From positions 1,856 to 65,855 of the forward strand of contig JBBFLF010000002.1 of the NCBI GenBank assembly GCA_037481655.1: a stretch of 64,000 nucleotides of DNA, given 5' to 3'. Of the stretch, positions 30,794-40,001 are shown one piece after another. This stretch comes from Desulfobaccales bacterium. Its GTDB lineage: Bacteria > Desulfobacterota > Desulfobaccia > Desulfobaccales > 0-14-0-80-60-11. Position 1 is the stretch's first letter. Each line of letters starts with the position of its first letter. The notes under the pieces were generated by a model. That model was not told the DNA's origin, ran no database searches, and worked only from the letters and a program-made list of their open reading frames with translations. Made by a program: the position numbers and the translations under genes.

Positions 30794-31522
30794 TTGTCCA
30801 AAATTGACCCTTCTGTCTCTACGGTGGATTTAAGCCGGGTGAGAGGCGTGCTTTTCGACCTGGGGGGCACCCTGGACGGCGACGGCGAACATTGGCTGAA
30901 CCGCTTCTGGCTGCTGTATCAGAAGCACTTCCCGGAGCTGGGTTTTGAGGCGGTGAAGGCCGCCTTCTATCAGGCGGAAGAAGCCTGCCTCACCGACCCC
31001 CGGGTGGCTTCCTTCACTTTGCCCCGCCTGGTGGCCTACCACGTGGAGCGACAATTGGCCGCCCTGGGCTATCAGCCGGAGGCCGGGGAGAAGCTGGCCT
31101 GGGAATTCTTGGAAGGCTGCCGCCGGGTGATCCGGCGCAACGCCTATGTGCTCCGGGACCTGGCCCAGGACTACCGCCTGGGGGTGGTGACTAACGGCTA
31201 CGGTAACGCCTCCCTGCTCCTGGCCGGGGAGGCCATCGCCATCTGGTTTGCCGTCATTGTGGATTCTGCCCGGGTGGGGGTGCGCAAGCCCGACCCGGAG
31301 ATCTTCCGTCTGGCGGCCCGGGAGCTGGGCTTCCCGCCGGCGGAGGTGGTCTATGTGGGGGACTCCTACACCCAGGATATCCGGCCGGCCAAGGGGGAAG
31401 GCTTCATCACCGTGTGGCTCCGGAATGATCCCATGAACGCACCCCTGCCGCCGGATGCCGACCCCTCCCTGGCGGATTTTGTCATCCGCAGCCTGCCGGA
31501 ACTGGCGGGGCTCCTGCCGTGA
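30794..31522 (+). CDS. HAD-superfamily hydrolase (subfamily IA)
   Basis: FDLGGTLD motif I, VVTNG, RKPDPEIF, YVGDSYTQDI; TTG start. Confidence 0.88.
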   Translation: MSKIDPSVSTVDLSRVRGVLFDLGGTLDGDGEHWLNRFWLLYQKHFPELGFEAVKAAFYQAEEACLTDPRVASFTLPRLVAYHVERQLAALGYQPEAGEKLAWEFLEGCRRVIRRNAYVLRDLAQDYRLGVVTNGYGNASLLLAGEAIAIWFAVIVDSARVGVRKPDPEIFRLAARELGFPPAEVVYVGDSYTQDIRPAKGEGFITVWLRNDPMNAPLPPDADPSLADFVIRSLPELAGLLP

Positions 31523-32214
31523 AGGCGGGCATCATCGCCGCCGGGCTGGGAAGCCGCCTGGCCCAGGGGGGGATCACCGTGCCCAAGCCATTGGTGGAGG
31601 TGGCCGGCGACACCCTCATCGGCCGGGTCATCCGGGAGGCGGCGGCAGCCGGCGCTTCTGCCGTGGCCGTCATCACCACCCCCATCTACCCCCAGGTGGC
31701 GGCCTATCTCCGGGAGCGCCCGTGGCCGGTGCCGGTGGCGGTGCTGGAATGGGAAAGCCCCCATTCCCTGGCCAGCCTCCTGGCCTTGCGGCCCTATCTG
31801 GATGAGCCTTTTCTCCTCTCCACCGTGGATGCGGTACTGGCTTCGGGCGCTATGGCCGCCTTTGCCGCCCAGGCCCAGGGCCGTCCCGGCCTCGGCGCCC
31901 TGGGACTTACGCAGGACATTGATGACGAAAAGCCCCTGTATGTCAGCCTGGGGGAGAACGGGCGCATCCTGAGCCTCGGTCAGCGACCCAGCCCCTGGAT
32001 CACCGCCGGCTGTTATTACTTTGCGCCCCGGGTCTTTGACTATGAAACGGCGGCCCGGGAGCGGGGCTTGGGGGCCCTGCGCCAGTTTCTGGCCTTTCTG
32101 GTGGAGGCGGGGGAGATTTTGTGGGGGGTGGATGTGGGCCCGGCGGTGGATGTGGACCATCCCGAGGATATCGTCCGGGCGGAGGCTTTCCTGGCCGGGG
32201 GCCCAAAGGGCTGA
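31519..32214 (+). CDS. Nucleotidyltransferase (NTP_transferase; candidate CTP:inositol-phosphate cytidylyltransferase)
   Basis: IIAAGLGSRL...PKPLV, STVD, DVDHPED; GTGA overlap with the HAD stop. Confidence 0.87.
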   Translation: MKAGIIAAGLGSRLAQGGITVPKPLVEVAGDTLIGRVIREAAAAGASAVAVITTPIYPQVAAYLRERPWPVPVAVLEWESPHSLASLLALRPYLDEPFLLSTVDAVLASGAMAAFAAQAQGRPGLGALGLTQDIDDEKPLYVSLGENGRILSLGQRPSPWITAGCYYFAPRVFDYETAARERGLGALRQFLAFLVEAGEILWGVDVGPAVDVDHPEDIVRAEAFLAGGPKG

Positions 32215-32478
32215 GTGAGTGCCCCAAAATCACCCTTTCCTGGTGACAAGGGGCATCCTTCCTGATAAAAATCTCCATTTGTGGCCGGCAAGAGTATCAA
32301 GACAGGGGGCCCATTCCGGAGGAGCCGGCCTCCGGGGAACGGAAATCCCCTTCAATATAGGGATATTTTCCATTTTTCTCCATTGACCATGTGTTGGGAG
32401 AGAAGGTGGGATGAGGGGAAAGGAGGCCACCGCTCTTTGGCCCCTCTTTGGATTACATAAAAGCGGAGATGCCTCATC

Positions 32479-33309
32479 GTGGCCGGCCTCGCTCCTCCCC
32501 TGATCTACGGCATTTACCGGGAAAAAGCCCTGTCCCCGGGCAAGGTGGAGGCAGATGCCGCCATCTTGGAGGCCGTCCTAAGGGGCCTGGAAGCCCTGGG
32601 TTGCCAGGTGGCCACCCTGAGGGCCGACGCCTTGCCGGATGCTCCGCCGCCGGCCACCGGCTTCCTGCACCTGGCCCAGGGACCGGCCGCCCTGGCGCGG
32701 CTTTCTGCCTGGGAAGCCCAAGGGGCGCGGCTCATCAATCCGCCGCAGGCCGTCCGGCGCTGCTGGCGGCGCTCTCTGCCGGAGATCATGGCCCAGGCGG
32801 GGGTGCCCTACCCCCAGACCCGGTTATACACAACTGGCGAGGCCGAGGCACTCTTTGCCCAGGACTTCCCCGGCCCGGGCTGGCTGAAGCGGGCCGAGAT
32901 CCACGCCGAGGGGCCCGGCGACGTGGTGCAGGTGCATTCCCGGGAAGAGGCCTTGGCCGTGCTTGGGGATTTCCGCCGCCGGGGCATTGACGCCCTGGTG
33001 TGGCAGGAGCACCTCCCCGGCCGGGAGGTGAAGTTTTACGGCGTGGGGCCGGGCCGGTTCTTCTGGGCTGCCGCCCCAGGCGACCCCAAGCCCCTGTCCC
33101 CGGAGGCGGCGGCCCCGCTGGCTGACTTAGCGGCCCGGGCGGCCCAGGCGGTGGGGCTTAGCGTCTTCGGCGGCGACCTCATTCTGCGCCCTGACGGCCG
33201 CCCGGTGCTCATCGACCTCAACGACTGGCCCAGCTTTTCCCGCTGCCGGGAGGCTGCGGCCCGGGAGATAGTGCGATATGTCTGCGACGCCTTTCACCTC
33301 GACGCGTGA
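32479..33309 (+). CDS. ATP-grasp-fold protein of unknown function
   Basis: RLINPPQAV, GWLKRAE, WQEHLPGREVKFYGV, FGGDLI...LIDLNDWPSF (RimK/GshB-like ATP-grasp pattern). Confidence 0.75.
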   Translation: MAGLAPPLIYGIYREKALSPGKVEADAAILEAVLRGLEALGCQVATLRADALPDAPPPATGFLHLAQGPAALARLSAWEAQGARLINPPQAVRRCWRRSLPEIMAQAGVPYPQTRLYTTGEAEALFAQDFPGPGWLKRAEIHAEGPGDVVQVHSREEALAVLGDFRRRGIDALVWQEHLPGREVKFYGVGPGRFFWAAAPGDPKPLSPEAAAPLADLAARAAQAVGLSVFGGDLILRPDGRPVLIDLNDWPSFSRCREAAAREIVRYVCDAFHLDA

Positions 33310-34621
33310 CGAGCGGCCCCGCTCCCGGGAGCTCTTCCGGGCGGAGCTGCCCTTTTTGTCCCCCGGCTTCCAGAATGTGGCCCTGCTGGCCGAACTGGTG
33401 CTGGACCGGGGCGAGGGCCGCTACCTCTATGACCTGGACGGCAACCGCTACCTGGATTTCATGGCGGGTATCGGGGTCTGCTCCTTGGGCTACAGCCACC
33501 CCGCCTGGGTGGCGGCCATGACCGAGCAGATCCGGAAACTCACGGTGGGCAGTTTCGCCACCGTCAACCGGGGAAAATTCCTCAGGCGCCTGGCGGAGGT
33601 GGCCCCGGGGGACCTGAGCCAGACCATGCTCTACTCCGGCGGCGCCGAGGCGGTGGAGGCCGCCATCCGCCTGGCCAAGTCCTTCACCAAGAAATTCGAG
33701 GTGCTGGCCTTCTGGGGCGGCTTCCACGGCAAGACCGGCGGGGTGCTGGGCCTCATGGGGAGCACCTTCAAACACGGCTGGGGGCCCCTCCATCCGGGCC
33801 TATATCTGACGCCTTACGCCTACTGCGAGCGCTGCGCCTTCAAGCTCACCTACCCTTCCTGCGGCCTGCACTGCCTGGAGTTTGCCCGGGAGGTCATCCG
33901 CCTTAACACCACCGGCTCGCTGGCCGCCATCCTGGTGGAGCCCATCCAGGGCACCGCTGGCAACGTGGTGCCGCCGCCGGAGTTTCTCCCCGGGGTGCAG
34001 GAGATCTGCCGGGAGCACGACGCTCTTCTCATCGCCGACGAGATGCTCACCGGCTTCGGGCGCACCGGCCGGCTCTTCGGCTGCGAGCACGACGGGGTGG
34101 TGCCCGATGTCATCACCATCGGCAAGGGCATGGGGAGCGGCTTTCCGGTGAGCGGGCTCATCTCCACCCCCGGCATCATGCGGGCGGAGCCCTACTCCAA
34201 GCCCTCCGCCGCCTCCTCCAGCTACGGCGGCAACCCCCTGGCCGGCACCGCCGCCTGGATCACCCTGGAGACCCTGCTCAATGAAAACATTGTGGAGAAC
34301 GCCGCCCGGGTGGGGGATTATCTCCTGAAACGCCTGCTGGAGCTCCGGGAAAAATACCCCTTCATCGGCCGGGTGCAGGGCAAGGGCCTGATGATCGGGG
34401 TGGAATTCGTGCGCCACCGGGACCGGGACAAGACCCTGCTCCCCGGCAAGGTGATGGAGCAGGTCTTCAAGGAATCCCTCCGGCGCGGCCTCATCAGCAT
34501 GAATTACACCGCCCAGTACCGCATCAACCCGCCCCTCACCCTCACCGAGGCCGAGGCCGAGGAGGGCGTGGGGATACTGGACGAAGTCTGCGCCTGGCTC
34601 GCCCAGCAGAGCCAGCTTTAA
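33278..34621 (+). CDS. Class-III PLP-dependent aminotransferase
   Basis: GEGRYLYDLDGNRYLDF, SGGAEAVE, FHGKT, EPIQG, ADEMLTGFGRTG, IGKGMG (PLP lysine), GGNPL. Confidence 0.93.
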   Translation: MSATPFTSTRDERPRSRELFRAELPFLSPGFQNVALLAELVLDRGEGRYLYDLDGNRYLDFMAGIGVCSLGYSHPAWVAAMTEQIRKLTVGSFATVNRGKFLRRLAEVAPGDLSQTMLYSGGAEAVEAAIRLAKSFTKKFEVLAFWGGFHGKTGGVLGLMGSTFKHGWGPLHPGLYLTPYAYCERCAFKLTYPSCGLHCLEFAREVIRLNTTGSLAAILVEPIQGTAGNVVPPPEFLPGVQEICREHDALLIADEMLTGFGRTGRLFGCEHDGVVPDVITIGKGMGSGFPVSGLISTPGIMRAEPYSKPSAASSSYGGNPLAGTAAWITLETLLNENIVENAARVGDYLLKRLLELREKYPFIGRVQGKGLMIGVEFVRHRDRDKTLLPGKVMEQVFKESLRRGLISMNYTAQYRINPPLTLTEAEAEEGVGILDEVCAWLAQQSQL

Positions 34622-34628
34622 GGATTGC

Positions 34629-34815
34629 TGAGGGGAAGGCCGGGGGAGCGGCGGCTCCCCCGCCCAGGTAAGCCTTAAGGACTTGGGAGAGGGGGCTAGG
34701 GGTTGCGAACCCCTGCCCCCTCTCCCCAACCCTCTCCCCCAACCCCTTATGGGGGGTGGGGAGAGGAGTTTGAGGGGAGGGCGGGGGCCTATGGCCTCCC
34801 GGCCCTCCCCTCAAC
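34629..34815 (+). repeat. Palindromic intergenic repeat, copy 3 (34685-34815), preceded by an inverted half copy (34629-34665)
   Basis: GAGAGGGGGCTAGGGG...CCCCTGCCCCCTCTC...CCCCCAACC...TATGGGGGGTGGGGAG...TGAGGGGAGGGCGG...CCGGCCCTCCCCTCA matches copy 2. Confidence 0.8.
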
Positions 34816-34832
34816 AACTCGGATAAAGTAAC

Positions 34833-35870
34833 ATGGACTCCTCTAAAAAAAGTCCCTTCATTGGCGGGCTAATCGGCTTCGGCAAGGTGGCGGAGAAGGC
34901 CCACCTGCCAGCGCTGCAGGGCCTGCCGGGGTTCCGCCTGGGGGCGGTGGCCGAGCCCCTGCCGGCGCGTCGGGAGCTGGCCCGGGAGCTCCTGCCGGGG
35001 GTGCGGGTCTATGAGAGCCAGGCCGCCCTGCTGGCGGGCGAATCCTCCCTGGATTTTGTGGCCGTCTGTTCCCCACCCGCCAGTCACGTGGAGCTGGTCC
35101 GGGAGGCCCTTACGGCCGGCTGCCATGTGTTGTGCGAAAAGCCCCTGACGCTGGATCTCGCGGCCCTGGCCGGGCTGGAAAAGTTGTCCCAAGCCCACAA
35201 GCGGGCCCTGGTGACGGTGCACAATTGGAAGTATGCCCCCCTTTACCGGGCGGCCCAGGGGGCGCTTACGGACGGCCTCATCGGGGAGGTGCAGGAAATC
35301 ACCTGGGAGGTGCACCGCACCTCCACGAGCGGCGGCGGCCTCACGGACTGGCGCCACTCCGGTGCCGCGGCCGCCGGCGGGATTTTGGTGGACCACGGCT
35401 GGCATGCCTTTTATCTCCTCCTGGGTTTGGCGGGGGAGTTACCGGCAGTCCTGCGGGCGCATCTGACCCCGGCCCCGGCAAACCCCCAGGGGGTGGAGCA
35501 TGAGGCCGAGGTGGAGCTGCGCTTTCCCCGGGCCCGGGCGCGCCTTTTCCTCACCTGGCGGGCGAAAGTGCGGCTGAACCGCGGCCGCCTCCTGGGCACC
35601 GCCGGGGAGCTCCTCCTGGAGGATGACCGCCTGCTCCGGCGCCGTGATGGCCAAGTGGAGCTCGTGGCCGCCTTTCCCGAGAAACTGAGCGGCGGCTCCC
35701 ATCACCCGGAATGGACCCGGGGCTCCTGGGAGGAGTTCGCCGCGGAAATCCGGGACCCGGCCCTCCGGGGCCACAACCTCGCCGAGGCGGGCCACTGCGC
35801 CCGCCTCATCAGCCTGGCCTACCGCTCCCACGCCGCCGGCGGCGCCTGGCTTCCTTACCCTCCCGGATGA
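34833..35870 (+). CDS. Gfo/Idh/MocA-family oxidoreductase (inositol-dehydrogenase-like)
   Basis: LIGFGKVA Rossmann motif, CSPPASH, HVLCEKPL, GGILVDHGWH. Confidence 0.9.
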   Translation: MDSSKKSPFIGGLIGFGKVAEKAHLPALQGLPGFRLGAVAEPLPARRELARELLPGVRVYESQAALLAGESSLDFVAVCSPPASHVELVREALTAGCHVLCEKPLTLDLAALAGLEKLSQAHKRALVTVHNWKYAPLYRAAQGALTDGLIGEVQEITWEVHRTSTSGGGLTDWRHSGAAAAGGILVDHGWHAFYLLLGLAGELPAVLRAHLTPAPANPQGVEHEAEVELRFPRARARLFLTWRAKVRLNRGRLLGTAGELLLEDDRLLRRRDGQVELVAAFPEKLSGGSHHPEWTRGSWEEFAAEIRDPALRGHNLAEAGHCARLISLAYRSHAAGGAWLPYPPG

Positions 35871-36862
35871 AACGGCGCCCCGACCCGCACCTTCTGGCCG
35901 GGGCTTTGGGAGCCCTGGTGCTGGCCCTGCTGCTGTATCGCCTGGGCTGGGCCGAGGTGCTGGCGGAGCTGAAGCGGGTGGGCTGGGGCTGGGTCCTCAT
36001 CCTGGGCCAGGAAATCCTCCCCATCCTGGCCAACACCGGGGGCTGGCACTACACCTTCCTGAAAGAGGAGCGCCGGGTGCCCTTCGGGCGGTTGCTCCGC
36101 CTGCGCCTGGCCGGGGACGGCTTCAACTACCTCATCCCCAGCGCCACCGTGGGCGGGGAGCTGTTGCGCATCCACCTGCTGCGCCGGGAGATGGCCCTGG
36201 CGGCCTCGGCGGCCTCGGTCACGGTGGCCAAATTCACCCAGATGCTGGGACAGGCCCTGTTCATCGGCCTGGGGCTGCTGCTGGCGGCCCCCTTTGCCCC
36301 GTTGCGGCCGGGCCTGCTGCCGGTCCTCTGGGCCCTGCTTGTGGGCTGCCTCCTCTTGTTAGGGGTGGTGCTTTTGGGACTGAGATGGGGAGTCTTCTCC
36401 CGGCTCACCGGCCTGGTGGTGAGGTGGCTCCCCAGCCGCTTTAAGGGCTTACTGCCGGTGGACCAGGCCGCGGCTCTGGACCGGGACATTGCCGCTTTTC
36501 TGGGGAAGGATCAGCCCGCCTTCTGGCTCTCCGTGCTTCTCTTTGGCCTGGCCTGGGCGTTGGGCACGGTGGAAGTGCTCCTCATCTGCCATTTCCTGGG
36601 GGTGCCGGTGAGCCTGGCCACTGCGGTGACCATCGAGACCCTAAGCGTCTTCATTGACGGGGTGCTCTTTTTCGTGCCCGGGAAACTGGGAACTCAGGAG
36701 GGGGGCAAGGTGCTGATCTTCCTGAGCTTGGGGCTTCCCCCCGTTTCAGGGCTGGCCTTTGGCCTCATCCGGCGTCTCCGGGAGCTTACCTGGGCCGGCC
36801 TGGGGGTGGCCTGCCTCCTGACCTTCCGGGCAGAGGGGGCCCCATCAGGTTCGGGAAATTAA
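35867..36862 (+). CDS. UPF0104 / lysylphosphatidylglycerol-synthase TM-region membrane protein (HpnL-like)
   Basis: Multi-TM; NYLIPSATVGGE, FFVPGKLGTQEGG, LIRRLREL; ATGA overlap with the oxidoreductase stop. Confidence 0.82.
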   Translation: MKRRPDPHLLAGALGALVLALLLYRLGWAEVLAELKRVGWGWVLILGQEILPILANTGGWHYTFLKEERRVPFGRLLRLRLAGDGFNYLIPSATVGGELLRIHLLRREMALAASAASVTVAKFTQMLGQALFIGLGLLLAAPFAPLRPGLLPVLWALLVGCLLLLGVVLLGLRWGVFSRLTGLVVRWLPSRFKGLLPVDQAAALDRDIAAFLGKDQPAFWLSVLLFGLAWALGTVEVLLICHFLGVPVSLATAVTIETLSVFIDGVLFFVPGKLGTQEGGKVLIFLSLGLPPVSGLAFGLIRRLRELTWAGLGVACLLTFRAEGAPSGSGN

Positions 36863-36897
36863 TGTCCTCCCGCCTGGCCTTTCCCCCGCCCGCCAAC

Positions 36898-36929
36898 AAA
36901 AAAAACCAGGGTCATCCCCTGGTCTTTTT
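36898..36929. terminator. Bidirectional intrinsic terminator
   Basis: A8-CCAGGG-loop-CCCTGG-TCTTTTT between two convergent genes. Confidence 0.75.
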
Positions 36930-36966
36930 CCTCAGCCTCGATGGGGAAGCGATTCCCCGCGGCCCT

Positions 36967-38070
36967 CTACCGCTCCCGGATTCCTTGGATGAACTCCTCC
37001 ACCCGGCGGGCGGCCTCGTCATCGGGCATGGGCTCGGGCGGATGTTTCATGGTGTAGGCGGAAATACTGGTGAGGGGGCCGGCAATGCCCCGGTCCCGGG
37101 CCAGCTTGGCGCAGCGCACCGCGTCGATCATGCAGCCGCCGCTGTTGGGGGAGTCCTCCACCGACAGGCGCATCTCCAGGTGCATGGGGAAACCCCCAAA
37201 CCCCCGGGCCTCGATCCGCAAAAAAGCCACCTTGTTGTCCTGCTGCCAGGGCACATAATCCGAAGGGCCCACGTGCAGGTTGTTGGGCTCGAAGTCGGGG
37301 GGCAGAAGCGAGCTCACCGCTTCGGTCTTGGAGCGTTTTTTGGTGGCCAGCCGGTCCCGGTTCAGCATGTTGAGAAAGTCGGTGTTGCCCCCCACGTTGA
37401 GCTGGTAGGAGCGGTCCACCGTCAGGCCCCGCTTCTGGAAGAGGTGCACCAAAGTGCGGTGCAGGATGGTGGCCCCCAGTTGGCTTTTCACGTCATCCCC
37501 CACCACCGGGATGCCCGCGGCGGTGAAGCGGGCGGCCCAGTCGGGGTCGGAGACAATGAAGGTGGGCATGCAGTTGATGAAGCTGACCCCGGCCTCCAGG
37601 CAGCACTGGGCGTAGTAGCGGGCCGCCTCCTCGGAACCCACGGGCATGTAGTTGAGGAGCACCTCGGCGCCGGTGTCCCGAAGCACCTTAGCCACATCCA
37701 CCGGCGGGGCGTCGGCCACCACAAAGGTCTGCTCCGGCGGATATGTGGCCATATGGGGGGAGACGCCGTCCAGGACCGGGGCCATCTGCACCAGGACCGG
37801 AATCTCCGGCAGATCCGGAATGATGCGGTAGCAGCAGTTGGGCGGGGCAAAGATGGCCTCGGACACCGGCCGCCCCACCTTGCGGGCGTCGATGTCGAAG
37901 GCGGCCACGATTTCCAGATCCCCCGGCCGGTAGCCGCCGATCTCCGGATGCATCAGCCCCAAGGGCCAAGCGGCCTCCGGGTTGTGCCTGCGGCGATAGT
38001 ACTCAATCCCCTGCACCAGGGCACTGGCGCAGTTCCCCACTCCCGCGAGCGCGATCCTGATCTTTCCCAC
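36967..38070 (-). CDS. ino1: myo-Inositol-1-phosphate synthase
   Basis: AGVGNCASALVQG, NYMPVGS, GDDVKSQLGATI, QLNVGGNTDFLNM, SKTEAV, DSPNSGG. Confidence 0.96.
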   Translation of the reverse strand: MGKIRIALAGVGNCASALVQGIEYYRRRHNPEAAWPLGLMHPEIGGYRPGDLEIVAAFDIDARKVGRPVSEAIFAPPNCCYRIIPDLPEIPVLVQMAPVLDGVSPHMATYPPEQTFVVADAPPVDVAKVLRDTGAEVLLNYMPVGSEEAARYYAQCCLEAGVSFINCMPTFIVSDPDWAARFTAAGIPVVGDDVKSQLGATILHRTLVHLFQKRGLTVDRSYQLNVGGNTDFLNMLNRDRLATKKRSKTEAVSSLLPPDFEPNNLHVGPSDYVPWQQDNKVAFLRIEARGFGGFPMHLEMRLSVEDSPNSGGCMIDAVRCAKLARDRGIAGPLTSISAYTMKHPPEPMPDDEAARRVEEFIQGIRER

Positions 38071-38265
38071 GTCCCCGTCTTCTCACCCGCATAATGAGCC
38101 GGCCGCCAACTACACGGGCCGGTCCACAACATTTCCCAATATTACCCAAAAAACTTGCACATGCAAATCTTATTGTCTGCTCAGACAGGAAATCGCCCCA
38201 CGGCGGGCGAGAAGGGCCAGGCGAAGGGGGCCGGTCCCGGGCCCTTTGCCTGAGGAGGGGGCAGA

Positions 38266-38970
38266 TCAGGCCAAGATCTCCAGATCAATGATGCCCGACG
38301 GGGCGGGGCCGGAATGGTTGGCCGGGAATTCCTGCTCTGAAGCGGCAGTGGTGATGACCGGGGCAGGAGGCTCCGCCAGGTCCATGGCGCGGCCCAGGGC
38401 CTCCAGGAGCTCGGTGCAGGCGGCCACCATTTCCTTGATGCGCAGCAACGCCTTCAGGTTGAGGGAGGTGAGGTGGGCCTCCGTTTCCACCCGGTCGCGG
38501 CGGTGGGGCCGGCCCAGAACGCGGTCCACCCGCCGCAATGCCGCGCTCCCCGAATCCGGGAAGAGGAGATAGTCCGCCACCTCCAGGCGGAAGGCCACGG
38601 GCGGCAGGGGGGTTTCCTGGTAGCCCAGGAGGATGACCGGGGGCGGTGGCAGGCAGTTCTGGGCGGCCTGGATCACGGCCAGCCTCTCCTGCCATCCTGC
38701 GTCCAGCTCCACCAGGAGGAGGTCCAGGGCCTGGCGGGCCAGATGCGGTAAGGCCTCCTCCGCCCGGGCGGTGACCAGCACCCGGTAGTCCCGGAACTCC
38801 AGGGCCGTCAGCAGGCCGTCCAGGGGGGCGGAGGGAGTGGCCAGCACCAGGATGGTGGGCGGGGCCAGCTTTTTTGCCTGGGGCACGGTCTTCTGGCGGC
38901 GGCCTGTGGCCGAGTGAAAGGAGCTTTGCCTGAAGGAGAGGTCGGGGCGGGTCTGTCTGTTCATGGTCAT
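38266..38970 (-). CDS. Pseudo-receiver-domain protein
   Basis: Receiver-like fold, but the acidic pocket (ILVLATP), phospho-Asp (LLVEL) and KP (FP) positions are substituted. Confidence 0.55.
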   Translation of the reverse strand: MTMNRQTRPDLSFRQSSFHSATGRRQKTVPQAKKLAPPTILVLATPSAPLDGLLTALEFRDYRVLVTARAEEALPHLARQALDLLLVELDAGWQERLAVIQAAQNCLPPPPVILLGYQETPLPPVAFRLEVADYLLFPDSGSAALRRVDRVLGRPHRRDRVETEAHLTSLNLKALLRIKEMVAACTELLEALGRAMDLAEPPAPVITTAASEQEFPANHSGPAPSGIIDLEILA

Positions 38971-39092
38971 CCTCCCTGGGAAGGGCGCTTGGCCTTCCTG
39001 GATCTTCGCCTGAACCTGTGGGCCATTGACACCGCAACTCACCGCTTACCCTGGCCCAGGGTGAGTCAGCCTGACGGAGGAGTCCGAGGGAT

Positions 39093-39563
39093 TCAGGTTC
39101 CTGGCCGGCCAGGGGCGGCCGGGGCCAGATGGGAGGAGAGATATTGCTCTCCCGCCATGATCCGGCGAATCGCCTCGATGAGTTCGGTATCCGTATCCTC
39201 CTTGAGCAGATAGCCGTCAGCTCCGGCTTCCAGAGCTTCCTTCAGATAGGCCGGATTGCGGTGCATGGTGAGGATGAGGACCTTGATCTCCGGGCAGAGC
39301 TCCTTGACCCGGCGGGTGGCCTCCAGACCCGACATCCGGGGCATGGTGATGTCCATCAGGATCACATGGGGCCGGCAATATTGCAGGATTTCCAGGAGCG
39401 CGGCGCCATCCTCCACCTCACCGATGACCTTGAGGCCGTCGGTGCTCTCCAGGCACTGCTTGACCATGGCCCGGAAGAGGTCGTGATCCTCCGCCAACAC
39501 GATGAGGCAGGGGCAGGGACTTAGCACCTCTGCCAAGGGCGGGGAACAGTCGTTGCGGTGCAT
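39093..39563 (-). CDS. NarL-type receiver domain without HTH
   Basis: LAEDH, LMDITMP, LTMH, GYLLKED; ends before an HTH; SD GGAGAAGGA. Confidence 0.85.
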   Translation of the reverse strand: MHRNDCSPPLAEVLSPCPCLIVLAEDHDLFRAMVKQCLESTDGLKVIGEVEDGAALLEILQYCRPHVILMDITMPRMSGLEATRRVKELCPEIKVLILTMHRNPAYLKEALEAGADGYLLKEDTDTELIEAIRRIMAGEQYLSSHLAPAAPGRPGT

Positions 39564-40001
39564 GATTCCTTCTCCCGGGGCTCCTGCCCCGCTGCGGCTA
39601 TTCCCGCTCGTAGCCAATATGCCTCTGCCCCCTGCAAGTCAAGCCACTGGGAAATAGTAGTGCTTTAGTGCTCCGTGTGAGCTCAAAAAGTCCCAGATTC
39701 TGAACCTAGAGACTCCTGTCCTCCGAAATGGGGAAAGCTCTTGAAGCGCGCCCCTCTTCCCCTGAGAAACTTCCACGGTGGCTCTACTCTACCCCCTTAG
39801 TAACGGGGAGGCTATGACCAAGAATGACCAATCAGGGATGGATAAAAGTATTTATGGAAATTTGCGTGGGCGGGGTGAGGACAGTGATTGGGGAGATAGG
39901 TGAGATGCCAGGAAGTGTCCACCTGAAACAAGGCCGAGTCCGATCGCGAGGCAGGAGAAGGGTGGCTCCTTGCCGCCTCCATCCGCGGCCGGGGAGGTAG
40001 C

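Noticed and set aside
29499-38070. Phosphonolipid (2-AEP) or hopanoid cluster suggested by the HpnL-like protein and aminotransferase
   Set aside because: No PEP mutase, phosphonopyruvate decarboxylase or squalene-hopene cyclase in the window; ino1 points to inositol chemistry.
39618-40001. ncRNA or riboswitch in long intergenic gaps (also 43808-44150 and 25866-26203)
   Set aside because: Only generic hairpins; no recognisable Rfam-type motif.
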